This document shows, piece by piece, positions 9,343 to 19,703 of a DNA stretch of 64,000 nt (position 1 is its first letter; each line of letters opens with the position of its first letter). This DNA is from a bacterium (GTDB lineage Bacteria; RBG-13-61-14; DATKZS01), in the NCBI GenBank assembly GCA_963674965.2, contig CAXXFL010000001.1, forward strand, positions 992,001-1,056,000, read 5' to 3'. The translations under genes were made by a program, and so were the position numbers. Under the pieces are notes generated by a model. It was not told the origin of the DNA. It did no database searches and saw only the letters and a program-made list of their open reading frames with translations.

Positions 9343-10904
9343 AAAGGACTTCGGCCGCCATGCTCGCGGCGGGGCTTATTTTGCTTTTCGGCCTTAGCGC
9401 CCGGGCCTATTGGATTCAGCACCGTCTGGTTAACGACCTTTCCACTCCCGAGCAGTTCCTTCCCGCCCCGGACGGCTCGAGGCCGGGACCGGCAAATCCT
9501 CCCGCTCCCGTCACCCTCGAGATACTCCCCCTCCCGCCGGGCGGCAACGACGACCTGATTGAAGCCGCGGCCAGGGCCGTTTCAAACTGGGACCTGGTAG
9601 CCGGCTCCGCCCTCAACCTTTCGATATCGACGCCTGGTCCAGGGGACTTATACGACCCCGGCTGGGCGGACCGGTACTATAATGAAGACGGCAGGAACAC
9701 CATCGAGTTTATCATGGAGGGCTGGCCCGATTTCCTCGGCCCGAACGTCATCGCCATGACGGTTCCTCACGCACGGGCGGACGGCGCCATTGCCGAGGTG
9801 GACATATTCTGCAACGTCGAGAACTTCAGATGGGAGGCATTCGAAAAGGACGGCTATTTCCCGGGCCTGGCGGCCGAGCGCTGGGTGGACGCGGAGTCCA
9901 TATTAACCCACGAGCTGGGACACGTGGCGGGTCTTGGCCATTCCCAGAAGTTCTGGGCGAGCATGTATTATCTTCCGGGCCTGGCCGACACTCGGGCCCG
10001 GCTTCTCACCTCGGACGACGAGCGGGCCCTCAGGTTTCAGTACCCGGCTAGGGAGGAGGACGTTCCTCCGCCCAGCCCCTGGGCCGCGGCGGCCGATACC
10101 TTCGCGGACGGCCAATGCGGCGCTTCTTTTATCTCGCTTCTTTCCTATCCGGTATATTTCGATGAAAGGATAATTATAACCTCACCCGAAGACCCGTCCA
10201 TTCCGCTTTGCGTATTCGGCTCGGGTTTCTACTCCGACCGCTCTATCGACATGGACCTTTCCCGCGCCCGGGACTCGCTCGGACAAATCGACGGCGAGGA
10301 GACGATCGCTCCCAACTTCGCTCGCGGTATAATCCGGAACGAGGAGGGCGGATACGATATATTGGAGGAAGGGTCGTACAACGTGGACATGTACTATGGC
10401 CCGGGTGAGGCGGGATCGCTTCTCGACGGCTTCATCAAAAACCCCGCGGGAAACGACCCGCCGACCGCGATAATAGAAGCGGACCGGGACGTGGTGGGCG
10501 TGGGCCGGGTAGTGAGACTTTCCGGTGAGGGGTCCTTCGACCCGGACGGCGCCGACCTTTCCTATTCATGGTCCGTGGTCGAGAGCCCGGGAGAAGCGAC
10601 CGCCATTCTCGATTCATCCGAATCGGCCACCGTAAAGTTCAAAGCCATAAGGCAGGGCCTCTTCGTGATAAGGCTTTCGGTTAACGACGGAAGCGTCTCG
10701 GGAATTGCCGATCAGGTCCTTATACGCGTAACCAACGCCGACGTGGTTTCCGGCGGAGAGGAAGACTTCAATCCCTGGGGTTGCTGGATAGGGGAGGCCC
10801 CTGGCCGCTCATGGCTTATATGCCTGGTCCCGTTTGTCCTGGTAACGTTGGCCAGGGTTTTGTCGCTTTTTCAGTGGGATAGGAAGCGCCCGCGGTCAGG
10901 GTGA
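9339..10904 (+). CDS. Matrixin-like (metzincin) metalloprotease with PKD-like domain and C-terminal anchor
   Basis: HELGHVAGLGHS zinc motif, Met-turn ASMY, PKD-like GSFDPDGADLSYSW, C-terminal GC + hydrophobic helix + basic tail. Confidence 0.88.
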   Translation: MKRTSAAMLAAGLILLFGLSARAYWIQHRLVNDLSTPEQFLPAPDGSRPGPANPPAPVTLEILPLPPGGNDDLIEAAARAVSNWDLVAGSALNLSISTPGPGDLYDPGWADRYYNEDGRNTIEFIMEGWPDFLGPNVIAMTVPHARADGAIAEVDIFCNVENFRWEAFEKDGYFPGLAAERWVDAESILTHELGHVAGLGHSQKFWASMYYLPGLADTRARLLTSDDERALRFQYPAREEDVPPPSPWAAAADTFADGQCGASFISLLSYPVYFDERIIITSPEDPSIPLCVFGSGFYSDRSIDMDLSRARDSLGQIDGEETIAPNFARGIIRNEEGGYDILEEGSYNVDMYYGPGEAGSLLDGFIKNPAGNDPPTAIIEADRDVVGVGRVVRLSGEGSFDPDGADLSYSWSVVESPGEATAILDSSESATVKFKAIRQGLFVIRLSVNDGSVSGIADQVLIRVTNADVVSGGEEDFNPWGCWIGEAPGRSWLICLVPFVLVTLARVLSLFQWDRKRPRSG

Positions 10905-12668
10905 GGGGATCGCCTCCTCGTCGATAAGCTCCCAGATTTCCACAGCGTGCTTGTCCACCTCATGGACGAATAATCCCTCCCTTTGGCTTTGCGCCAGTTT
11001 GTCGGCCGAGTCCTCGTCCATGACCTTTATCTGGCCCTCGTCATCTTTTCCCGACAGGATGGCCTTGACGGCGTAGGCCCTGGTGAACCATTCGGCGTTC
11101 TTGATCGGCCCCTCCACGGCCTCCCACCACTCGGCCGAGTGGTGAAGGACTAAAAGCTCGGGTTTATATTCCCTTATCCACCAGGTCATGTCGCCCATGG
11201 CCAGCATGCCCGCCGCGCCGGGCGTGGGTATGCCGCATTGATCGATGATTAGCATATCGGGCAGGTAATAGCCCAGAACTCCAATCTCGTGGGCGCCCAC
11301 GGACGAGACCTCGGGCGCGTTACCGCTGATCCACTTGGCGGTGGCGCGATAATACTCGTACTGAGTGCCGGGAATCTGGGTCAGATTCAGATAGGAATTC
11401 CAATGCCTGGGCAGATAGGCCGAGGCCACGACGGCGATGGTCACCATCGTCACCGCAACCGCGTGGTTGCGAAGGCGGGGCAAGCACATGGCCGCGCCTC
11501 CCATGATAATCGCCGCGTATCCCAGGGCGTGGCCAAGATGGATGGGGTTAAAGAGCTTGCCGATTATGGGAATAAAGCCGGTGGTGGCGGAAAATAGCCA
11601 GACCGTCAGGCAAGCGGCCCCCGCGATAACGAAGGAACCGCAGGGCTCGAGGGAGACGGAAAGACGGTTCACTGCCCGGCCCGCCCCTATGCCCAATACC
11701 ACCGCTCCCATCACGTGCAGGGGAGCGAAATACCAGGTATAAGGCGGGACCTTAAGCACGACGCCGTAGGCCAGAAGATGGAGAAGCGCCCATAAAAAAA
11801 TAAGGATAGGCCAGGGCTTTCGGTTTCTAATCGACCAGTAAAAGCCCGTTCCCACGCAGACGGCTATTATGAGTCCCGTTAGGTCGGGCGGCCATAAAAA
11901 GTTCTTTATGGTTTTATACAGAGCGAAAAGGAACATCCACTCGTTGCCCCAGTGTCCGCCGGCCGAACTCTGGGAAATTTTGACGGATAGGGTATGGGGA
12001 AGAAGCTGTCCGAAGTACAGATATGAGAAAATAAACCAGGGCGTGACCACTAAAACGGGGGCCAGAATGGAGGCGAGGGGCGGTGGCTTTCTCTCCTTGA
12101 TCAGATAATGGCCGAGCGCGAGAAAGCCCAGAATGGCCGCGTCCATCCTGACCATGACCGCCAAGCCGAACAAGGCGCCCCCCAGCGTCATCTTGCCCCG
12201 AGAATAAAAATAAAGGCCGGCCGAGCATGCCGCCACAAGAAGGCCAGTTTCCAGGCCCATGCTCTGGAGGAGCTTGGGGTGGACCATGACCAGCATGCCC
12301 GCCAGGTAACCGCCAGGATAAATCTCGTCGTCGTTTAAAAGTTTCCCCAAAAAGATGGCGCCGAGAAATAGCCCGAACATGGTCAAGGACGCGCCTATCT
12401 GGCGGAAACCGGCCCCCGTAATCCGGTGGATGGCGGCCAGGGTCGCCGTGGAGAAGGGAGAGGTAACGGCGTTGATCTTCTCGCCCGGATTGTAGACCCA
12501 GCCCTTGGCGTCGGCAATGTTCCGGGCCACGCGGTAGGTAATAAAAGGATCGTCAATGGCGTACCTGTTGAATCGGTAGCCGATGGCGATTCCAAACACG
12601 ACGGCCACGGCGAGCCAGATAAGGTCACGACGATTGATGCGAGTATAAAAACCGGATAACGTTGGCAT
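10896..12668 (-). CDS. Polytopic membrane protein, GT-C-like glycosyltransferase
   Basis: IDDPFITYRVARN acidic loop after the first TM helix, GLET and RMD motifs, many TM helices. Confidence 0.7.
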   Translation of the reverse strand: MPTLSGFYTRINRRDLIWLAVAVVFGIAIGYRFNRYAIDDPFITYRVARNIADAKGWVYNPGEKINAVTSPFSTATLAAIHRITGAGFRQIGASLTMFGLFLGAIFLGKLLNDDEIYPGGYLAGMLVMVHPKLLQSMGLETGLLVAACSAGLYFYSRGKMTLGGALFGLAVMVRMDAAILGFLALGHYLIKERKPPPLASILAPVLVVTPWFIFSYLYFGQLLPHTLSVKISQSSAGGHWGNEWMFLFALYKTIKNFLWPPDLTGLIIAVCVGTGFYWSIRNRKPWPILIFLWALLHLLAYGVVLKVPPYTWYFAPLHVMGAVVLGIGAGRAVNRLSVSLEPCGSFVIAGAACLTVWLFSATTGFIPIIGKLFNPIHLGHALGYAAIIMGGAAMCLPRLRNHAVAVTMVTIAVVASAYLPRHWNSYLNLTQIPGTQYEYYRATAKWISGNAPEVSSVGAHEIGVLGYYLPDMLIIDQCGIPTPGAAGMLAMGDMTWWIREYKPELLVLHHSAEWWEAVEGPIKNAEWFTRAYAVKAILSGKDDEGQIKVMDEDSADKLAQSQREGLFVHEVDKHAVEIWELIDEEAIPSP

Positions 12669-12920
12669 GATTTTCTTAAAATATAATAGCTCACGCCATC
12701 TTCTTTGGCAACGTAAAAATAGGTCCCTTTTTTCCTTGATCAGATGAAGGGGCCTTGGCCGAGGTAAGCCCGGGAGGCATTCCTTACTTTCATTACCAAG
12801 GCGGAGTCATTCTTGTATTTTCTTCGATGCCCGTTTTTGATTCGAGACTTAAAATCTGATAACTTCGATATCGCCCGCCGTCTTGACGGCCCTGAATTTC
12901 AGGTCATTAAAGGATATCGA

Positions 12921-14060
12921 ATGGATTCCTTTTTATCGGAAAAACAACGCCTGGTCCGGAGGTCCGCACGCGCTTTTTGCGATCGCGAGTTGGCCCCCAT
13001 CGCCAAGGACGTCGATCAGGAAGCCCGCTTTCCCTGGGAAGTGGTGGAAAAAATGGGCAAGCTGGGCTATTTCGGCCTTCAGGTCCCGGCCGAGCTTGGC
13101 GGCTCGGGCCTTGACTCGATAAGCTCGGCGATCGTGGTGGAGGAGGTATCGCGGGCCAGCGCCGGCGTGGGTCTTTGCGTTTCCGTCCACAACGCCGTGG
13201 CGGTATATCCTATTTTGGCCTTTGGGACCGATGAACAAAAGAAAAGGTTCATACCTGCCCTGGCCCGGGGCGAGAAGATCGGGGCCTTTTGCCTTACCGA
13301 GCCCAACGCCGGCTCCGACGCCTCGGGCATCGAGGCCTCGGCCATACGGGACGGCGGCCATTTCGTGGTCAACGCCAACAAGGTCTACGTGACCAACGGC
13401 GGGGCGGCCGACGTTTTCCTCATCTTCGCCCGCACCGATCCCAAGGCGGGCCGCAAGGGCATCAGCGTGATAATAGTCGAGCGCGGCGCCCCGGGCCTGG
13501 TGGTGGGAGACCTGGAGGACCTGTGCGGGATGCGGGCCAACCCCGTCAGCTCGGTTCGACTTTACGACTGCCGGGTCCCGGTGGGGAACCTGCTCGGCAA
13601 GGAGGGGCAGGGGCTGAACATAGGACTGGCCGGCCTGGACGTGGGCAGGATCGGAATAGCGGCCCAGGCCCTGGGGATCTCCCAGGCGGCCCTCGAGGCG
13701 GGCATAAGATACGCCAAGCAGCGGAGGCAGTTCGGGGCGCCTATCGCCAAACACCAGGGCATCCAGATGATGATCGCCGACATGGCCACCCAGGTCGAGT
13801 CGGCCCGGCTCATGATTTACAACGCGGCCGCTCTCAAGGACAGTGGGGCGCCCTTTGGACGTCAGGCGGCCATGGCCAAGCTTTACGCCTCCGAAGTATC
13901 GAGCAAGGTCACGGACGCGGCCATCCAGATACACGGGGGCTATGGTTACTCGAAATCCTACCACGTCGAGAGATACTATCGCGACGCCAGGGTAACCAGG
14001 ATTTACGAGGGCTCGGCCGAGGTCCACAGGATGGTCATCGCCAGGGGAGTGCTGACGTGA
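12921..14060 (+). CDS. Acyl-CoA dehydrogenase (short-chain/butyryl-CoA type)
   Basis: FCLTEPNAGSD, GRIGIAAQALG, QIHGGYGY, IYEGSAEV; start chosen at the ATG after AAGGA. Confidence 0.95.
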   Translation: MDSFLSEKQRLVRRSARAFCDRELAPIAKDVDQEARFPWEVVEKMGKLGYFGLQVPAELGGSGLDSISSAIVVEEVSRASAGVGLCVSVHNAVAVYPILAFGTDEQKKRFIPALARGEKIGAFCLTEPNAGSDASGIEASAIRDGGHFVVNANKVYVTNGGAADVFLIFARTDPKAGRKGISVIIVERGAPGLVVGDLEDLCGMRANPVSSVRLYDCRVPVGNLLGKEGQGLNIGLAGLDVGRIGIAAQALGISQAALEAGIRYAKQRRQFGAPIAKHQGIQMMIADMATQVESARLMIYNAAALKDSGAPFGRQAAMAKLYASEVSSKVTDAAIQIHGGYGYSKSYHVERYYRDARVTRIYEGSAEVHRMVIARGVLT

Positions 14061-14100
14061 AACCGTTATATGCAGAGCCCGCCTTTTGCGGGAAAAGACC

Positions 14101-14886
14101 ATGAACGTAATCGCGTGCGTCAAGTCAGTCGTCAAGGTCGGCTCGGTAAAGGGGCTCAAGTCCCGCGCTCCCATTGAAAGGGGGCCGGAGGGTACCGAGC
14201 TTAACCCGTTCGACCGGGTCGCCATCGAGGCCGCGCTCCGGCTGAGGGAGGCCGGCGGCAAGGTCACCGCCTTGTCCATGGGACCCGAGGCCGCCTCCGG
14301 CGCCTTGATGGAAACCATGGCCATGGGGGCGGACGGCGGCGTTCTGATTTGCGATCCGGCCATCGCCGGCTCCGATACTCTAGCCACATCCCGCATCCTG
14401 GCGGCGGCGATCAATAAGATCGGGGATTTCGACCTTGTGCTCTTCGGCGTACGGACCTCTGACAGCGACACGGGACAGGTGGGGCCGCAGGTGGCCGCGG
14501 CGCTGGGACTACCCTTTATCGGGGCCGCCATGAAAATTGAGACCGACAAGGAAGGGCTGAGGGTCGACCGGTCGGCCGACGGTTTCCTCGAGACCTACCG
14601 GCTCCGTACGCCGGCCGCCATAAGTCTACATCCGGCCTCGTCCGCGCCTCGCGACGTTCCCTTTGGCGGCATAGAAACAACGTACGCCTCGGGGAAAATC
14701 ACCAGGTGGGACCTGGCCGACCTGGGACTTGGTCCCGCCCAGGTGGGATGGAACGGGTCCCCCACCCGGGTCCTCAACATGGTCGGAGTGGAACGGGACA
14801 GGAAGTGCGAGTTCCTCGAGGGTTCTCCCGACGAGAAGGCCGAGGCCCTGGTGAAAAAACTTATCGGCTCCGGACTGATCGGATAA
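14101..14886 (+). CDS. etfB: Electron transfer flavoprotein beta subunit
   Basis: MNVIACVK, LNPFDRVAIEAAL, GSDTLATS, DSDTGQVGP, GSPTRV. Confidence 0.93.
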   Translation: MNVIACVKSVVKVGSVKGLKSRAPIERGPEGTELNPFDRVAIEAALRLREAGGKVTALSMGPEAASGALMETMAMGADGGVLICDPAIAGSDTLATSRILAAAINKIGDFDLVLFGVRTSDSDTGQVGPQVAAALGLPFIGAAMKIETDKEGLRVDRSADGFLETYRLRTPAAISLHPASSAPRDVPFGGIETTYASGKITRWDLADLGLGPAQVGWNGSPTRVLNMVGVERDRKCEFLEGSPDEKAEALVKKLIGSGLIG

Positions 14887-14928
14887 TAGGCGAGCGACTC
14901 AAGATTATATTGGAGCCTGGAGACATGG

Positions 14929-16551
14929 ATGAAGGACGGCGGCGAAGTTTGGGTATACTGCGATCTTAGAAGCGAGCGGCTTTTCGGGCTGAGCCTGAAG
15001 ACCCTGGCCAAGAGCAGGGGACTGGCAGGAGAGCTGGGCGTCAAGTGCGTGGCCCTCCTGGCGGGATCGTCCCAAGGCATGCCCGGCGGATGCGAGGGCC
15101 TGGCCATGTCCCGCCTGGACCTGGAAGACGCGGCGCAAAAGCTGATCGGCCACGGCGCTGACGAGGTCTACGTGATGGACGACCCGGCCCTGGCCACGCC
15201 CAGGACCGACGTTTACGCCGGCATGATGAGCTCGCTTATCAAGTTTTACAAGCCCCGCCTGGTGATCTTCGCTTTGACCGACTTCGGCCGGGAGGTCGCC
15301 GCCATGGCCGCCTGGACGCTGCAAGTCGGCCTCATCTCCCACTGCGTCGACCTTCGGGTGGACGAGGGAGGAATAGTCGCGAGCTGCCCGGCCTGGGGCG
15401 GCGAGGTCATGGCCGAGATTTATTTCGCCAAGGGCCAGAAGACCGGCCTCGCCACCCTTGCCCCCCACGCCTTCACCGCCGTCGAGGCGGCGGGCGACCC
15501 GGGACTGGTCCGCATGATCGACTCGATCGATATCGCGTGCTCCGGCGGGGCCGAGCTGGTTTCCTGCGCTCCCCTTTCCCGGCGGGAGGGAAGCATCGAG
15601 GACGCCGAGGTAATAGTGTGCGGAGGCGCCGGTCTCGGCGGCGTCGAGGGCTTCAGCCTGGTACACGACCTGGCCCGGGCCATCGGCGGCGAGGTCGGGG
15701 CCACCCGGCCGCCGGTCCTCCAGCACTGGGTCGAGGAATCGAGACTGATCGGGCAGACGGGCAAGACGGTCCGTCCCCGCCTCCTCGTTTCAGTGGGAAC
15801 CTCCGGCGCCGTGCAGTACACCGCCGGCATAGCCGAGTCGGGCTACGTGGTGGCCATCAACCGCGACCCCGAGGCGCCCATCTTCGAGGTGGCCGACCTG
15901 GGAGTGGTGGCCGAGGCCAAGTCGTTCCTGCCCATGGTGACCGACCGGGCCAGGAAAGCCCTGATGAGGAAACTGGCCGACCTGCTCGGCGAGGGACGCG
16001 GGCCCGCCGAGGAAGGCGATAAAAGCTTCGGCGCCAAGGTCCGGGCCATGCGGGAGGCCCACGGCATGAGCGTTATCGACATGTCCAAGGCCACGGGCAA
16101 GTCTCCCGAGTTCATCGGCCAGGTCGAGAGCGGGGAGGTCACCCCCTCGGTCAGCTTCCTGCTCAGTCTCGCCCGCGCCCTGGGCGTGGACCCCAGCGCC
16201 TTTTTGACCGACGAGGAAAAGACGAAGCTGAAGGACGCCCGCTCCCAGGCCTTCCAGACCCGGACGCAAAACTACAGCTACCAGACCCTGACGCCCGGGG
16301 CGTCCAACGAGCATCTGCGCGCCTTCATGATAACCATCGAGCCCAAAAGCGCGCACAAACCCGTGGCCTACAAGCACGAGGGCGAGGAGTTCATCTTTAT
16401 TCTGGAGGGCGAGCTGGAACTAAGGCTCGGGGAAAAGGTCCATCACTTAAAGCCCGGCGAGAACATCCACTTCGACTCCGAGATACCCCACAAGCTCAAA
16501 AGCCTGTCGGACGATCCCACCAAGTGCCTGGTGATTCTCTATACGCCATGA
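14929..16551 (+). CDS. etfA: ETF alpha subunit fused to XRE HTH and cupin domains
   Basis: EtfA motifs GATRPPV, IGQTGKTVRP, GTSGAVQYTAGI, AINRDPEAPIFEVAD, followed in frame by FGAKVRAMREAHGMS...PSVSFLLSLARALGV (XRE) and HEGEEFIFILEG...HFDSEIPH (cupin). Confidence 0.92.
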   Translation: MKDGGEVWVYCDLRSERLFGLSLKTLAKSRGLAGELGVKCVALLAGSSQGMPGGCEGLAMSRLDLEDAAQKLIGHGADEVYVMDDPALATPRTDVYAGMMSSLIKFYKPRLVIFALTDFGREVAAMAAWTLQVGLISHCVDLRVDEGGIVASCPAWGGEVMAEIYFAKGQKTGLATLAPHAFTAVEAAGDPGLVRMIDSIDIACSGGAELVSCAPLSRREGSIEDAEVIVCGGAGLGGVEGFSLVHDLARAIGGEVGATRPPVLQHWVEESRLIGQTGKTVRPRLLVSVGTSGAVQYTAGIAESGYVVAINRDPEAPIFEVADLGVVAEAKSFLPMVTDRARKALMRKLADLLGEGRGPAEEGDKSFGAKVRAMREAHGMSVIDMSKATGKSPEFIGQVESGEVTPSVSFLLSLARALGVDPSAFLTDEEKTKLKDARSQAFQTRTQNYSYQTLTPGASNEHLRAFMITIEPKSAHKPVAYKHEGEEFIFILEGELELRLGEKVHHLKPGENIHFDSEIPHKLKSLSDDPTKCLVILYTP

Positions 16552-16659
16552 GGAAGGCCCAAAGGTTACCTTCACCGCGGCATGTCCCAGAAGGGATCGG
16601 ATTCGAATAGCCGCGTTCCTTGCCTGCGAAACGCGTCAAATCTGAAAAGAGAGAATTTC

Positions 16660-17808
16660 ATGCGAAGCATCTACCTTGACCATAACGCCACGACCCGGCC
16701 CGATCCTCTGGTGGTCGAGGCCTGTCGGGAGGCCTTGGAGGAGAGCTGGGGCAACCCCTCGAGCGGGCACTGGCACGGGAAGAAGGCCCGGGCCGTCCTG
16801 GAGGGGGCCAGGGAGGAGGTGGCGTCCCTGCTCGGGGCCAGGGCCTCGGAAATCCTTTTCACCAGCGGAGGGACGGAGGCCAACCACCTGGCCCTGGTGG
16901 GCGCTTTCCTTCACCCATCGAGAAAGATCGAGCGCGTGGTGGTCTCGGCCATCGAGCATCCCTCCGTGCTCGAGTCCGTCTCGAGCCTCAACTCTCACGG
17001 CGTCGAGGTAGTCGAGATAGGAGTGGACCGGAAAGGCCGGGTCGATCCCGAGGAGGTGGGCGCGGCCATAATCGGCGCCAACGCTTTAGTCACGGTCATG
17101 GCGGCCAACAACGAGACGGGCGTGATCCAGCCGATCGGGGAAATCGCGTCAATCTCGAGGGCCAAGGGCGCCCTGTTCCACGTTGACGCCGTGCAGTGCG
17201 TGGGCAAGATAAAGGTGGACGTGAACGATTGGGACGTGGACCTATTAAGCCTGGCGGGCCACAAGTTTTACGGTCCCAAGGGCGTGGGTTGTCTTTTCAT
17301 CCGTGAGGGAACGGCCATAAGTGGCGTCAACGTTGGCGGCGGCCAGGAGCGGGGACTGCGAGGAGGCACGGAGAACGTTCCCGCCATAGCCGGGCTGGGG
17401 GCCGCGGCGCGCCTTTCGCGGGAGGGGCAAAAGGATTGGGAGCCGCGCATGGCAAGCCTTAGGGATGAATTCGAGAGGACGCTTCTCGACAATATCTCTG
17501 ACGCCAAGGTCCACGGCGACCGGGACCACCGGCTTCCCAACACCTCGAACATGTCCTTTATGGGGGCCAATGGCGAGGCGGTCATGCTCGAGCTGGACCT
17601 GGCCGGCGTCCGCGTCAGCACCGGCTCCGCCTGCCACGCCGGGTCATCGGGGCTGAGCCGCGTCCACCGGGCCATGGGGCTGTCGCCTGAGGAGGGCGAG
17701 GCGACGCTCAGGTTCTCGCTGGGAAAAGACACGACCGCCGAGGAGCTGGAGACGGCGGCGGGCCTGGTTATCAAGTCGGTCGAAAGGATTCGAGCCATCG
17801 CCGGCTGA
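16660..17808 (+). CDS. Cysteine desulfurase (IscS/NifS family)
   Basis: IYLDHNATT, FTSGGTEAN, AANNETG, PLP lysine in AGHKFYGPKG, STGSAC. Confidence 0.95.
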   Translation: MRSIYLDHNATTRPDPLVVEACREALEESWGNPSSGHWHGKKARAVLEGAREEVASLLGARASEILFTSGGTEANHLALVGAFLHPSRKIERVVVSAIEHPSVLESVSSLNSHGVEVVEIGVDRKGRVDPEEVGAAIIGANALVTVMAANNETGVIQPIGEIASISRAKGALFHVDAVQCVGKIKVDVNDWDVDLLSLAGHKFYGPKGVGCLFIREGTAISGVNVGGGQERGLRGGTENVPAIAGLGAAARLSREGQKDWEPRMASLRDEFERTLLDNISDAKVHGDRDHRLPNTSNMSFMGANGEAVMLELDLAGVRVSTGSACHAGSSGLSRVHRAMGLSPEEGEATLRFSLGKDTTAEELETAAGLVIKSVERIRAIAG

Positions 17809-17813
17809 AGAGA

Positions 17814-19703
17814 TTATTCGTTCCAGCCGTAATCGAGGCTGATGACGGTCTCGCGCCGAGGGTCCTCGATTCCGATGAAGCCGACGGGGTCGTCCCCCAT
17901 CATGACCCTGACCAGGCGGCTGGGAGGAGCGGCCCGTAGCCTCGGGTGCCAGTGATAGGAAATCACCACCCTCCCCTTCGCGGGAACCACGTTTTTTAGA
18001 ACGATCCGGTTGAAGTCGGTATAAGCCTCGCCGGAGCCGACAAGGAAAAAGGAAGTCTCCCGCTTGACCTTGTAGAAGGCCACGCCTCCGGCCTCTCCGC
18101 TTCGCTCGAACAGCCCGGGAAAATCTTCAAGCAGCTTCTTCGCGCCTTTTGTCGAGGCCCCGGCCCAGGCCACGTTGTAAAGGTCCATGGCCTCGGACAA
18201 TGAGCGCTCGTCCCATTCCCCGAACCTCTTGCCGAAAAGCGTCGCGCCCGAGAAATCTGCGTGATGGTGCAGAAGGTGAGTCATCCAGTGGGGTCCCCCA
18301 ATAATTTCCCTGCCCGAATAATAAGCGATAGGCGCGGCCGGGAAAGTGTCGCCGTGCAATTTATTGAAAGGCCCCCTGTCCTCGAGCAGAAGCCGTCCAC
18401 TCCGGTCGGTGTTGTTTTCGGCCCACCGGATAACCTTGGCGAGAGATTCGGGCATTCCCACCAGTTTAGGGCCGCCCAGAATAATCAGCTTAAGGGGAGA
18501 CGCTAAAAAGACGATCAGCGAAAAACCGGCAATCAATAGCCCGGCGCCTCTGGCCTTGAAAGAAAATCCGCCCGCGGAAGACCTCCATTGTGAAATCCAC
18601 GCCATGAATCCCTCGGCCGCCGCCGGACAAAGAAAGAACAAAAGCGGCAGGCCGTACCTTGACGGCTGGGTCTTGTCGATTACGGGTAAAAGGGAGCCGA
18701 AGAAGCAGATGATAAATAGACCCAGGAAAGTCCACAAGGTCATATGGAAGAGGTCGCTCTTTTGTGCGATTTTAAAGCGCCTTGCGCCGGAGTAAGCGGC
18801 GAAAGGCAGGACCCAGACGATGAACTGAAGCCCCGAGAGGCCGTCCGCGAAAATGGCCGCGATCAAGGGCGCGGGATTCTGAAGGTGTGAGGTCGATGGA
18901 AAGGCGAACCGAAGATTCATCCATTGCGGAAGAATCCATAGCAGGTTGGCCATGACCGCCAATAAAGCCGAGAGCGCGATGGCGGCGTGACTTGACGGCT
19001 TGAGTGACCTGAAGCGGAATATATAAAGCGTCCCGCAGGGAATGACGATAATCGGCGCCACGCCGGGATGTATAAAAAGGGCCAGGGCCGCGGCCGCGGT
19101 AAGGGCGATGAAATTCAAAGCCGATATCCTTAGCAGAAAGCGGTTGAAGAGCCCGGCGAAAAAGACCGCGTAAGCGCCGGCCAGCCCGAAGCCGACCAGT
19201 CCCACCTGGAAGGTCGCCGCTCCCCCGCCGGCCCACCATGCCCATGTCCCGATCAGGGCCGAGGCGGCCGAGGATTCTTTTCTCATGCCCAAAAAGACCG
19301 CGCCCAGGTAAAACAGGGGCGCCGCAGCGAAAGCCATGGCGAAGACTATCAGCTTGTACGCGGTCTCGGGCCGGGCCGATCCGGCCAGGGCCATGCAAAG
19401 CTTTATCGTCCGGTCGCTGGTGTCGAAGACGTCGGTCGGGTAGCCGGCCATCATGTACGGGTCGTAGCCCCAGGTCTCGAGGTGGTCGCGCAGTAAATTT
19501 CCTCCCACCACGCCGTAGTAAAAGTGCCAGGAGTGATCGTCATAAAGCATGGGCTCGGAAGAAAGAATCTTGCCGGGTCCGCCGAAAAAAGCGATCAGAT
19601 ATATAAAGTGAAAGGCGAAGGTAAAGATAACCGCCGCTCTCGCCGGCCATGCGCCTCGGCTTTCGGAAGTTTCTTTTGAATTGTCGATACCCCGGTCGTT
19701 CAT
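17814..19703 (-). CDS. Polytopic membrane protein, probable GT-C-like glycosyltransferase
   Basis: YDDH acidic loop, WGYDPYMMAGYP, many TM helices, soluble C-terminal domain. Confidence 0.6.
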   Translation of the reverse strand: MNDRGIDNSKETSESRGAWPARAAVIFTFAFHFIYLIAFFGGPGKILSSEPMLYDDHSWHFYYGVVGGNLLRDHLETWGYDPYMMAGYPTDVFDTSDRTIKLCMALAGSARPETAYKLIVFAMAFAAAPLFYLGAVFLGMRKESSAASALIGTWAWWAGGGAATFQVGLVGFGLAGAYAVFFAGLFNRFLLRISALNFIALTAAAALALFIHPGVAPIIVIPCGTLYIFRFRSLKPSSHAAIALSALLAVMANLLWILPQWMNLRFAFPSTSHLQNPAPLIAAIFADGLSGLQFIVWVLPFAAYSGARRFKIAQKSDLFHMTLWTFLGLFIICFFGSLLPVIDKTQPSRYGLPLLFFLCPAAAEGFMAWISQWRSSAGGFSFKARGAGLLIAGFSLIVFLASPLKLIILGGPKLVGMPESLAKVIRWAENNTDRSGRLLLEDRGPFNKLHGDTFPAAPIAYYSGREIIGGPHWMTHLLHHHADFSGATLFGKRFGEWDERSLSEAMDLYNVAWAGASTKGAKKLLEDFPGLFERSGEAGGVAFYKVKRETSFFLVGSGEAYTDFNRIVLKNVVPAKGRVVISYHWHPRLRAAPPSRLVRVMMGDDPVGFIGIEDPRRETVISLDYGWNE

